Shown here: positions 52,097 through 64,000 of the stretch, piece after piece
Layout: every line of letters starts with the position of its first letter
How positions within the stretch are numbered: the stretch's first letter is position 1
NCBI RefSeq assembly: GCF_001194135.2
Contig: NC_068981.1
Span: forward strand, 100,026,478 to 100,090,477
Reading direction: 5' to 3'
Length of the DNA stretch: 64,000 bases
Origin: Octopus bimaculoides
Taxonomy: Eukaryota
Made by a program: the position numbers and the translations under genes
The notes under the pieces: model-generated
Database searches by the model: none
Told to the model about the DNA's origin: nothing
The model's input: the letters and a program-made list of their open reading frames with translations, nothing else

Positions 52097-52290
52097 AATT
52101 TTGGCACAAGGCCAGCAATTTTGAGAGAAAGGGGAAGTCAATTACAACAACCCCAGTGCTTGACTGCTATTTAGTTTATCAACTCTGAAAGGATGACAGA
52201 TAAAGACATGCTCAGCGGCATTTGAACTCAGAAAGTAAAGAGCCAGAAGAAATACTGCTAAATATTTTGTCTAGCATGGTAACAATTCTA
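52097..52290 (-). mobile_element. SINE family A
   Basis: ggcacaaggccagcaattttg...catttgaactcagaaagtaaagagccag. Confidence 0.85.
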
Positions 52291-54964
52291 CCAGTTCACC
52301 TCTTCCAAGTTTATTCATTAAAATTACAAATTATAGTTCGTATATTATTTTATTTTAGCCTTTAAATTTATTCTGAGTAATACTCATTTGATATTCTTAA
52401 CTGATTTTTGTCTTTTATTCTTAAGTCTCTTCTCATACAGCTCATTTATTCCACAATATTTATAGACTTATTCTTGGTATAATTCCTTTATTTTTGTGTC
52501 ATTATCTAACCATATATCACATGTCTTTGAAGTCTTCCTCTTTTTAGAGTGACCTTTGCACATTTTTCCACTCCATTTTCTTATAAATATCACTTCTAAA
52601 TTCCTGAACCATTTGCAAATAAGTCTTCACTCGTTTGTTGTTATCTTTTTGAATAAATCTTTAAATCATCTATATATAAAAGATGATTTATTACCATCCC
52701 ATAACATTTGTGTCCATAGCCAATTTGGTTTATTATAATGGTCAGCAGAGTTTCAGCTAAGCAAAAGAGGAGTGAGATAAAATGTTCTTGTATTATTGTT
52801 GTTGTTGTTATTATTATTGATTTCTTTATTTACCTATGAATGCAGAGATATATTGAATTTTCCAATTCTATATTACAAAGAGGCACAGAAAGGTGTATAC
52901 AAAGGAAAAAATATTATTTGAAAGAATAAATGCTCTTGAAATATTTACTGGCATTAGTATTGTTATTTTCAAAATCTTGAATATGTTTATAGTTATAATT
53001 AACTTGGCATGAATATGTTTCATTCTAGGTGTCCCAGTGAAAAAAAAAAAAGAATTCTCTGATGATTTAATTAAAGAAATTTAATTAGAAGCAACACATG
53101 TATAATTTAAAAGTTAATTAAGTATAATTTCTTATATTTTCAAAATATTTCCATATAGCATTGTAGCATATTAGTATTACTTTAACAATTATGAAAACAA
53201 GATTACTATTTGTAAAATTACACTGGATTTCTTATATACAAGCTATAATCAGTCTAAAATCTTAAGTTATATAGAATTTTTTGATTATCATTTCCCAAAA
53301 TAAAAATACCAATAACACAGTCCAATATTTTAAGAATGTCGCAAAAGACTATATAATCAAATTAGTCAGTTTCCTAATGACTCAGGTCCTATAGTGTAAA
53401 ACCTCAAGTGCTGTTGTATCTTTATATATTCATCATTGATCCACAGCTGGATGAAAGCTTATTTATGTTGGTTGTAGGCCTAGCTGTCCATGTAGACCAA
53501 TTGCTGGTCAAATTGAGTGCTCCAGTGGCCAGGTGGTTAATCCAAGCCACTGGTGCCTAAAACCTGTACTTAACCTCCATGAGTTCTATAATTACTTTCT
53601 ATGTTTACCAGAGCATGTTTTTGGTAGTATTTAACAAGTAAGTTTTGAATTTGTGTAGCAATTACAATTATTTCCATCACCATTATATCTACAGGAATTT
53701 TCTGTATTCCATTAGCTAAAAATATTCTGTATCTGTAACTATCAGTCATATGTTGATATCTACCCAGATAAGTTATGCTTTGAGGTGTTCTTGTTTGTTT
53801 CTTCTGCTTTTATTTTTGTAGCTGTATGAATTAATCTGAGTTTATACAACATTTCCTAATTTATGTATGTTGGTAAATCAACGCACAAACTATTGAGATT
53901 TGATGCAGATGGTTTCCAGCAATATAAATTAATGCAAAGTTGACTGAAAAGCAACAGAAATAAACCCAAACCTAGGAGACTATTTAATAACAATATTAGT
54001 AATACATGGGATCTGTAAAAGTTTCAGATCAACTGTAACTGGAAGAGAATATCTTAAAATCTTGGAAAAATGGCAGAGAGAAATCTGATAAAAAAAGGAA
54101 ATTTCATGCATGTAAACATATTTAAACATATTTGAGCCATACTGTGATAATGTTTCTAAGACCTAGCTCAAGGCAATGAATAACCGTAGGTTTAGTAAAC
54201 ATAGTAAAGTTATTTTGATTAAATGGAAACAGATCTGCCATGGCATGGTTGAAGTCATATGCTCTCTCATGTTGACATAATAAAGTATACTAGTTTTCTG
54301 TAGGAAGAGAGACAGCATGAACTCAGTATATAAAACCAACAGATACACAAGAGATGCAGTGAGATTGCTAGCTGGTTGAAAGGGAATAAAGTCTTTGTGT
54401 GTACATCAGATATACACATGTAGTTAGCTGTAAGGGATCTATAAAATAAAGTCCAAATACTATTCAAATATGCTGCTAAAAGGAGAGTTGTAGATATATA
54501 CTTATATCAAAAATTATTTAACTTTCTATATGTTGTATAGTTTTTTTGGTTTTGCTTTTTTTTAATTTCAAAAATTTTGTATATTGTTGTGAATGTAAAC
54601 ATTAGAAATAGTATTGGTTGCAGACTTATCTTACAGCTGTAAATATGTAAGTAATTATAGAACATAGGAATTATAGTTTACACTGCTCCATGCTGTTAAA
54701 CAGACAATACTTTAGAGTGAATAAGATTTAAAGATGTAAATCATTTTCTAAGATCTAACACTATATTTTTGTGCAATTTTTCTTTCTCAGATGTACCTCA
54801 CACTATTAGATGCAATCTTCCTGCCAAACTTACATAAAGAATGCACCTGCCTGAAACTTTAGAATTTACATTTCTATTTGTGAATTTTTTCTAAGTGCAG
54901 ATCATCACCACTAGATTCTTGAGATTCAGGGTTACTTTGAAGTAAGGTAAGTTTACAAAAACAA

Positions 54965-55297
54965 GGCGTAGCTGCATGGTAAGAAGCTTGCTTCCCAACC
55001 ACATGGTTCCAGGTTCAGTCCCACTGCATACCACCTTGGGGAGGTGTCTTCTACTATAGCCTCAGACTGACCAAAGCCTCATGAGTGGATCTGGTAGATG
55101 GAAACTAAAAAAAACCCATCATATATGTGTGTGTATGTGTGTTTGTCTCCCTATTACCACTTGGTTCAGCAAAATGGGTCGATAGAATAAATACTGGGCT
55201 TAAGAAATAAATCCTGGGGTTGGTTTCTTTGACTAAAACCCTTCGAGGTGGTGCTCCAGCATGGCCACAGTCAAATGACTGAAACAAGTAAAAGAGT
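54965..55297 (+). mobile_element. SINE family B
   Basis: gcatggtaagaagcttgcttcccaaccacatggttccaggttcagtccc...aatgactgaaacaagtaaaaga. Confidence 0.9.
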
Positions 55298-58132
55298 AAG
55301 GGAGTATATGGTTAAATAAAGATATTTCCATAATAAATGTTTAAATAATGATTGGATTAAATAAGGAAGATGGTATACAATAGTCTAGAACAAAAGAAAA
55401 AAAAATCAGACATTGACACATTAAAGAAATACTCAGGACAGACTAAGTTCAAAGAATAAAGATGAAGTATTATTACATTAGCCATACCAGCAATAAACTA
55501 GTCCAAAATAAGTAAATTGGAAGCTGAACAAATTAAAAAACTCAATAAAAAATACCAAAGAAATTACTGTGAATACTTCAAATGAAACTATCAAAAAGTA
55601 GATGCTGTCATGTTATATTTACTATCAGAAGGCGTTAGAAGATTTTTGCAATTAGAAAATCACTAAAACAGCAACAGCAGTTTTATATAAATATTTATGA
55701 GAAAATAGTTGAAGACTAATCCAAATAATTCAGAAAAAAGAAAAAAAAAAAAAAGAAATTAGTTTGTCTGTAAGGGAGATGACAATATATAACATTCAAA
55801 TTAAAACAGATGACCAATAAAAATATAAAGTGAATATTTTGAATGAATTTTTTTAAAAAGCACTTGAACAGAGAGAGATAGTAATCAGAAAGCAGAGAAA
55901 AAATTTGCATGTTCAATTCTCTATTAGGCTCATAGGAATGAATAGAGACTATCAAAAATCACTTCGCTGGAAGTCTCTAAAGAACAACTTAAGTTCAATG
56001 CCTAACCACCAAAACCAATAATGGAAAATGTTATTAGATAAGTAAATTCTGAATATATACTGTGCACAAATTTCAAAAACAATTTACCATGTTGTCTTAG
56101 GATAGCCAGCCTTAGCAAAAAGCAAAATACACCAAAAGTTACAAAAACCTGGGTAATACCACTGATGAAAGTTTCTATGCAGTCACTAAATCTACAAAAA
56201 ATAGCAGTCAAATCTCCTCAGTTCATATGCTACAATCTAAAAAATGGAAGGACACATTTAGTATTGTCCTTCATAACTCTATGCCTGAATCAAAGACAGG
56301 ATTGGCTGACATTAGGATAACAACAACAATACTATAGCTATCACCTAAGTTTTCTGTTACATATGAACAACTTGAACAGTGAAAAAGAAAAATATGCCAT
56401 TGCTGTCACATGTCAAATCAGAATAAAAGAAATGATAAGAGTTCTCTTAGAGCAAACTCTACTAAAACAATCATCAATATGTCAAAACCATTAAATGCAT
56501 GTCATTGCCATTAACAGATTATTGCTAACTTGCTTAGAATAGTGAAGTCTGCTCAAGGTTTCTGAAATGAATAGACAGACTGCAAACGAAAGATGACAGC
56601 ATTGTATTCTAGTTCTACATTGTTAATCAACTAAATTGCTGACTTTTCTCCAATTGTTTTATAGCAATCTATATTTATGTGGTGTTAGCTGTAATATAGA
56701 GGCAATCTGCCAGAAAGGAAAGGTTGAAACTCCTTAAATTTCATTTAAGTATATAAACTTTACTCTTAAAAAACAAGTGTTACTCCTATTTCTTGTAAAC
56801 ATAAGATTCATCATTAATGAATATATTTGATAAGGAAGAGTCAAGTGATTAGCTCTATTTTTTCCACAAAATCATGAGATATATTCAAAACAAGTAAGCA
56901 CTGTAGTATACGTTGTAAGGACATGTATTCTTTATGTATCTGCAATGTATGTGTGATAAAGAGAAGGAAACTAACAAGTATACAAGTACACAGACACATG
57001 TATAGCCGGAAGAAAGATATGTGGCTGTTGAGAATATATTTGCAGTGGGATATACAGACAATCCATGAATTTATATAGAGATTACAACATGCCAAGGTAT
57101 AACATCACTAGTTTCTTCAGATTCTACTGTTTTGCAATGTTATAGGTATGAAGGAATTAAGATCACTAATTTATCGGGTTAATATAATTAAGTAAAATTT
57201 GAATTTCTGCAGGGGAAAATCGCTTGTTTCATTGCAAAAAATTTGTTTAATAAGACTAGCTTAATAGCTGCCCAAAGGACAGAGAAAATTAAATGTGAAT
57301 AGAGATTCTCATATTCAATTAAAGAATTGAATATTCAAATTATTTAAGCTGCATTAAGAATGCACAGCAACCCTTTGATTAGAGATATTATTAATGAGTG
57401 TTACTTGTCTTTTATATCAGCATTGTGTGTTTGAGTACTTTCTCTTAGTTTATTATGGTGTGTGTAGTGCTAAATTTGCATAACCAACATGAGGAAACAG
57501 TGGTGATAGAGTAGTAGTAAATTAATAACTCTGTAACTTAAAATTTATTAGCTCCCCAACAATAAAGTTCAACTCCAACTCACAAGCTTTACTTTCTTAG
57601 ACAATGTTGAGAATCAGATGAAATTCAAGTTTAATAAGAGTTTCAAATATTATTTAGAACAGACAGCTAGATAATAACATTGTTTGTATATCTGTAGCAA
57701 GAGCATGCAGACTGTCATATTATTCTTGATCGGAACAGTATATTTACTGAATTCTGTAGACATATTGAACAGAGTCATCTATAATTAAGATTTGTGAGAA
57801 CATCATATTTCATATTCACTCACAGTTTGATATACAATGTGGAAACGTATACAGGTTATTCTCAAAGTGATAAGTTTTCAAAATTCTGACTGTAACCTAC
57901 ATATTCCTAGACAGGACTATATTAGGCTCATCCACCACACGAGCCATTTTCAAGTAATCAAAACTTACTTTTGTGATACAAATAATTCAGGTCTGAATGG
58001 GCTAAATAGCAATTGCCATCAAGCTGGATAAACCTTGCCTCTTCTCGCTCTCTTGCCACACTAACACACACACAACACACACATATATGAGAAAGAGATG
58101 ACAAAACCTTAAAAATGGTACTTCAGGTTTGA

Positions 58133-58213
58133 GGCTCTGATGAAACTGTAAAGTGTTACTCTGGCACTCAACTATGAGTCCATTGCATCTTTTAGTGGAA
58201 ACAGCTGTAAGCT
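58133..58213 (+). ncRNA. type I hammerhead candidate with extended stem II
   Basis: GGCT-CTGATGA-A-ACTGTAAAG...CTTTTAGT-G-GAAACAGCTG-TA-AGCT. Confidence 0.6.
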
Positions 58214-58349
58214 AATGAAGTTCATGAGATAATCAATTATTCCTTTGTCCTCACTTTTCCTATTATTGCTCTGTACTCAACTAACACTTCATTCAGAAGC
58301 ATATGTATAATGATTTCTGCACCAGGTTTTTAGTATCACAATGCATAAG

Positions 58350-58382
<33 letters not shown>

Positions 58383-58387
<5 letters not shown>

Positions 58388-59267
58388 GGCACCCAAAAGT
58401 AACCAGACACATCCTTTGTGAGACAAACCTGTTGCAGTTCAGACTAATGCCACTAGAAGCCACTTGATGGGACTCTCAGGCATCAGTCTGCTGACCAGCG
58501 TTGTTGAGTGATGTCATATTGCTATGTGGTGCGGCACTGCTTTGCAGTGCTTCTCCCCTGTTCATCAATGTTTGCGATGACAGAAAAGAAGGAACAGTGT
58601 GCTTCCGTGAAATTCTGTTTTCTGCTGAGGAAAATGGCAGCTGAAACAGTTATGCTTCAAACAGCTTACAAGGACACTGCCATGACCAGAACACAAGTTT
58701 ATGAGTGGTTTTTGTGCTTTAGGAATGTTTACTTGTTACTTGAGGACCAACCTTCTTCAGGGAGACTGCTGACTATCTGAACGAATGAAAAAATCATGAA
58801 GATTCATGAACTGATCTTGGAGGACCATCACCAAACAAATGATGAACTTGTTGATATGACTGGTGTGTCTTGGAGTTCTGATCAATGAATTTTGAGCAAG
58901 GAATTGCAAATGAAAAGAATTGCAGCAAATTTTGTGCCTCTCTTGCTCGTGGAAGATCAAAAGCAGTTACAACTGAATGCATGCTGAGAACTGCAAAGAG
59001 CAGCTGGAAGTTGACCCAGACATTTTTTTCAAATGTCATCACTGGTGATAAAAGCTGGTGTCATGGAATTTGCAGATGTGGAAGAGGTGAATAAAAAATG
59101 ATGGAGGCATTAAAGGGCATCACTTTGCAAGAGTTCCAGCACTGCTTCCAACAGTGAAAAATGCGTTTGGACTGTTGCATTGCTTCAAGCAGAGAATATT
59201 TTGAAAGCGATAAAAGTGTAAACATGTAAAACTAAGTGAATAAAATAATATTGCAAAATTCCTCGTA
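58383..59267 (+). mobile_element. internally deleted mariner element
   Basis: MTEKKEQCASVKFCF...QVYEWF...SGRL, KRIAANFVP, NVITGDKSWC, then directly the C-terminal EALKGITLQEFQHCFQQ*...EYFESD. Left end tatatggggcacccaaaagtaacc, right end cctcgta, both within (TA)n. Confidence 0.9.
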
Positions 59268-59549
59268 TATATATGTATATATATATATACACACATACAT
59301 TCATACGAAAATGTGTTCATGTTTATGTGTGTATATATATATATATCACTCTTTCTTTCTTTTTCTCTCTCTTTCTTCAGTACTTATTTGTCTGTCATAC
59401 TTCTTTCATACACAGACATATGCACATATACTTATATATCAGTAACAAAGTGTTTATTTTGCAGATGTAGGTTAAAGGTAATTTTATATTTGAATCCTTT
59501 CAGATGTTTTGTTTGAATTTACATACTAGATAACTTTACATTGCATCAC

Positions 59550-59565
59550 TAGCTCTCTCTCTATC

Positions 59566-59643
<78 letters not shown>

Positions 59644-59670
59644 TCTCTCTCTCTCTCTCTCTCTCTTCCC
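59550..59670. repeat. (CT)n microsatellite
   Basis: Directly visible. Confidence 0.95.
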
Positions 59671-60049
59671 TCACTCCTTATATATTTGTTGAATGTCCAC
59701 TAGGAAAATGTCTTACTTTGTTTTAAAAAGCTATCTATGTTTAATAAGGAAATTAAATAGTTTCAGGTATATCCAACAATAAAAATCAGAGACTTCTAAG
59801 GTGCTCTCTGTTGCTTTAGCTTTAGTTTCATTGTCACAATAAACATCAGTGCAATCAGACAGCAAAACCATCTTAGGTTTGTTTCTATTACTTAACCAAA
59901 TCATCCACCAATGAATTTTAATTTCCAAAGCAGATTGACAACCAAAATCATTCTTTTCAAGTTGTTTCACTGCTTTTGATTTCATTCATTATGACCATAC
60001 CTACAAATGTGCATATTGTCTTGTTTCTTTTCTGTCCATTAATATAAAG

Positions 60050-61000
60050 AATGATTTTGGTTGTCAATCTACTTTGGAACTACAGCATGATAGAAATAAA
60101 GAAAATGCTTTTTTCAAAAGGGATTTGTAAACAGAAAAAAAGTTTGTCAACACTTTGGAAACCACCAACTCTGTGAATGTTGTCATGCTGTTACAGAACT
60201 GCATGTACAGATTCTTAAATGTTAGAGAATTGTTGGCTGCAACTGCGAGAAACATATGCAAACAAATAGTAAATATATAGTAAAAAATATTGAGTATTTG
60301 TACTTCCTTTGCTAACAAGGAATTGTCATGCAAAGAAATGTTGAATCATCTAACATAGATGACAGAAAGAGCTCAGCTGATTTCAGCTTGGTTTAACATA
60401 GCTAAAACATAGATAACTTAGCTATGATGTACAAAAGATACAAAATGTGATCTATTTTATAATGGTTAACTTTATGAGATTTACTTGATGAAAAAGGTAC
60501 GTACAAGCTTTCTTCTCTTTTATTTATTTATTTATTTGCTTTTCAACTACAGCTTACAAATATACGAATACATCCAATAAACAACAACTTACATTAAGTG
60601 TTTTTTCAGTTGACAAACACTTATTGGCCAATGAGGAATTTCTGGGCTTTCTTGCTAATTAGCCATAAAATATTCAAATATCTTTAGTTATCATAGATAT
60701 GCTCACAACATTACAACTGTGTTCATTCAACTGTAGATGAGTGTGCTCTAATGGAGCTGAAGGAAAATAATCTGGAGTGGCCAAGTGCTTCAGCTGAAGG
60801 CTTTAGCAACACAACACATTCTTTGTCTGAGCTTGAAAGATACTACAATGAAATATAAGATACTATTTGATGTGATGAGTAACAGTAAAGAACTTTTTAC
60901 TTTAATCAAATATTCAATAAAAAAAAAGGGTGAATTACTAAGTGAGCTGAAGAAAAATAAAAAAATAAAAACATGGAAGTCTCTGAAAACAGTCAACACC
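60050..61000 (+). pseudogene. decayed hAT-superfamily transposase (ZMYM1-like type)
   Basis: Fragments in the expected order: GFVNRKKVCQHF, YLYFLC*QGIVMQRNVES, NTSNKQQLTLSVFSVDK...EEFLGF, SGVAK, HILCLSLKD...ELFTLIKYSIKK. Many frameshifts. Confidence 0.7.
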
Positions 61001-61332
61001 TTTTACTTGTAGAACTTCAGCCAAACAAGTCAACCCCAGTACTTAGCTTTTCAAAGCTGGGTACTTATTCTATTGGTCTCTTTTGCCAAATTGCTAATTT
61101 ATGGGGATGTAAATGCACCAACACCAGTTGTCAAGCAGTGGTGGGGGACAGACTCAAAGACACACATACACACACACACACACATTGGACTTCTTTCAGT
61201 TTCTATCTACTAAATCCACTCACAAGTCTTTGGTCAGCCCGAGGCTATAGTAGAAGACACCAAAGTTTTATGCAGTGAGACTGAATCCAGAACCATGTGG
61301 CTGGGAAGCAAACTTCTTACCACACAGCCACT
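61000..61332 (-). mobile_element. SINE family B
   Basis: Reverse complement of gtggctgtgtggtaagaagtttgcttcccagccacatggttctggattcagtc. Confidence 0.85.
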
Positions 61333-61540
61333 TTGTGATATCTTAACCTTGAGTGAAACTAGATGGACAGTAGTACAAGCTGCTTCTTTCTTCCTTTGAT
61401 GAATCCTTGAAAATCTATTATGATAATGAGCTTGTTTGTAAGTTTGTCCAAAATCATGCAGTGAGGGAGTAACAGAGTTAAGTAAGAGTAAAAATGGTGA
61501 TAACAATGAGAGAGGGAGTGGTATCAAACAGTGCCTCTCG

Positions 61541-61810
61541 CACTCTCTCTCAACAAAAACCCTTTTCACTTCATTGATGAATGCTGCCTCTCTCTCTTTC
61601 TCTCTATCTATCTACAGACGCACACACTCTCTCACTTTTTCACCCACTCTCTCTATTTCTCTCACTCTCTCTCAACAAAAACCCTTTTCACTTCATTGGT
61701 GAATGCTGCCTCTTTCTCTTTCTCTCTCTCTATCTATCTACAGATGCACACTCTCTCTCACTTTTTCACCCACTCTCTCTATTTCTCTCAACAACATTTC
61801 CATTCAATGA
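61541..61810. repeat. CT-rich minisatellite, period about 122 bp, about 2.2 copies
   Basis: cactctctctcaacaaaaacccttttcacttcattg.tgaatgctgcc at 61541 and 61663, with a partial third unit near 61785. Confidence 0.9.
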
Positions 61811-62129
61811 ATGCTGATCTTTTTCCTGGTAAACATTAATAACAGTATATAAGATAAGTAAATACGATTTTTGCACCTCAAAATTATCTTTTCTGTATCT
61901 CTATGACTGTTCTGTAAGATTTATTCTTCTTAAAAAGTTGCAAACTTAATAGAATATAAAAGCAAATAGTGATTTTTAAGTCATAAAATTAAAATACTGT
62001 CTATTGAAAGAAAGCTTGATAATGTTGTCTGTTTAAAGAAAGTTAAATATAAAAGGAAGGTAATTATAAATATCTACAAATATTTACCGATACAGTGATT
62101 TTTGTAAATATTTATGAATGAAGAATTTC

Positions 62130-63478
62130 ACCAAGGTGGTGAAATTTGTCAAGATCTTTTTTCGGTTTCAGGTGGTAAGGCTATGCTGCAGAGATTTGCA
62201 TCTTCCAGTCCCAGCTGCAGTAGCCTTTCATGAAGTAACTGCAACAACAATGTCGAAGGAGTTGATACTGAGCGGCGCATTGTATCCTTCACTAAGGCTC
62301 AGTGCCAGGCCTATGAACACATTGCTGCAGCCATCAATGGTGATGAAAGACAGAGTAGATTCTTCTTCCTCGATGGCTCTGGAAGTACAGGAAAGACTTA
62401 CCTGTACAATACATTGATATCTTCACTGAGAAGGCAAAACAAGCGTGCCCTTTCCTTTACTACTACAGGCATAGCTGCTGATTTGCTTATTGATGGAAGG
62501 ACTGTTCACAGTAGACTCAAGCTACCCATCCCATTGCATGAGAATCCCTTCAGAGTCATTTGAAAAATTAAAGCAGGCTCACCTTTTAATTATTGATGAA
62601 GCATCAATGTTATCATGCTATGTTCTGAGAGCCATTGATCTGCTACTTAGGCAAATAATGAATCCACCCAGACCATTCAGTGGAAAAGTGCAGCTACTTG
62701 GCTGAGACTTCAAACAAACTGCACCTGGCACCCCACAAGGGTCCGATGCAGCAGTAACTGAGTCCTCAATTAAGCAATCTATTCTCTGGCATTTCGTAAC
62801 AAAACTTGAGGCAGTTGAAAGAGTGTCATCAACAATCATTTTGACTCGTAATAACAAAGATCGTCTTCATATAAACACAGACATAATGTCATTATTGCCT
62901 GGTGAGGCAACGATATGCAGAAGCATTGACACCATAGTTGAAGAAAATAGCGAAACTGTTCGCATTATCCAGTGGAGTTTTTAAATTCACTGACGCTTTC
63001 TGGGATGCCACCTCATATACTGACCTTGAAGAGGCATTCAATAGTCATGTTGCTAAGGAACCTGACCCCAATGAGAGGTTTACTCAATGGGACTCGAATC
63101 TTAGTGCTGTCCATCAAGGATCTTTTCATTCATGGAAAAATACTTAATAGAAGTAAGAAAGGAGAGGAGGCCTTTATTCCATGCATCAACTTCCATCCCA
63201 GCGAGAGAACCCTTCCCTTTAGTATGAGTAGACAACAGTTTCCTGTTATCCCAGTATTTGCAATGATCATAAACAAATCACAAGACCAGAGCTTCAATAA
63301 TGTTGGTATCATCCTACCATCACCAGCATTCAGCCATGGACAACTTTATGTTGTATTGGGTAGAAGTAGAAGTTGCAATAATATTAAAATATTGGTAAAG
63401 GACCATCCAAAACAAGGTGAACTCATTGCTGATCAGGTTTTCACTAGGAACATGGCGTTGAAGCAATTACTGAGATAA
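62130..63478 (+). pseudogene. Helitron RepHel C-terminal PIF1-family helicase remnant
   Basis: FLDGSGSTGKTYLYN (Walker A), GIAADLLIDGRTVHS, LLIIDEASM (Walker B), G*DFKQ, VMLLRNL..GLLNGTR, AMIINKSQDQS, FSHGQLYVVLGR. Frameshifts and stops. 62972-63478 is still open. Confidence 0.92.
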
Positions 63479-63774
63479 AGGTTGTAATGTTTTAATTTTA
63501 ATTTTACTTTCCGTATTATTTTCATGCCAAGACAGGTACACTAATTATTCAATAATTATTCAGTTCTAGTTGAGTGTGGGTAAGAATGTGTACAGTCACA
63601 ATTGAATACTGTCGTCTGGGGCCATATAATTAAATACCTAGCTCAAATGGAAACATTAAGTCTCTTGTTTGGATTAAATCTTCTCCAGTACTTACACTCG
63701 GATATAGACAATTTATCAAAGGCATTGTAAGCAACTAAAAAGGCATCAACAGATGCACAGAGGGTGGATGCAAT

Positions 63775-64000
63775 TCATCATCATCATCATCATCGTTTAA
63801 CGTCCGCTTTCCATGCTAGCATGGGTTGGACGATTTGACTGAGGACTGGTGAAACCGGATGGCAACACCAGGCTCCAGTCTGATTTGGCAGAGTTTCTAC
63901 AGCTGGATGCCCTTCCTAACGCCAACCACTCAGAGAGTGTAGTGGGTGCTTTTACGTGTCACCCGCACGAAAACGGCCACGCTCGAAATGGTGTCTTTTA
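63775..64000 (-). mobile_element. RTE LINE 3' end, relatively young (CpG-rich), runs off the window
   Basis: (CAT)n tail, then cgtttaacgtccgctttccatgctagcatggg...gctggatgcccttcctaacgccaaccactc. Confidence 0.9.

Noticed and set aside
53055-53090. CTGATGA-TTTAATTAAA-GAAA
   Set aside because: AT-only palindrome with no stem I partner. Expected by chance in AT-rich DNA.
63480-63645. Helitron 3' terminus at CTAG (about 63565 or 63638)
   Set aside because: No GC-rich hairpin upstream of either CTAG.
63835-63865. CTGAGGA-CTGGT-GAAACCGG
   Set aside because: Only 5 nt between the core halves, and it is antisense within the RTE 3' UTR.
1-64000. CRISPR arrays, rRNA, true tRNA genes, prokaryotic operons
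   Set aside because: None seen. The tRNA-like A/B boxes belong to SINE heads, and no regularly spaced repeat-spacer array exists.

Overview
AT-rich, repeat-dense animal genomic DNA with seven assembly gaps. The (TA)n/(CA)n/(ATT)n microsatellites and the SINE/LINE types suggest a coleoid cephalopod (Octopus-like); this is inference. I found no convincing host protein-coding gene, only one weak 49-nt micro-exon candidate, so the window looks intronic or intergenic. All recognisable coding sequence is decayed transposon: CR1/L2-like and RTE LINE fragments, two mariner derivatives, a hAT transposase remnant and a Helitron PIF1-type helicase remnant. There are also about 25 tRNA-derived SINE copies from three families and several MITE-like inverted-repeat elements. 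The main result is a set of unrelated hammerhead-ribozyme (HHR) candidates found by eye. One, at 31827-31888, has its three strands in a non-circularly permuted order; a second copy at 16392-16453 shows compensatory stem III changes. One has a G3-C8 swapped core (39608-39658), and two are minimal type I HHRs with palindromic stem III (25493-25540, 58133-58213). All folds were paired by hand and none is computed or tested. Most repeat boundaries are approximate.
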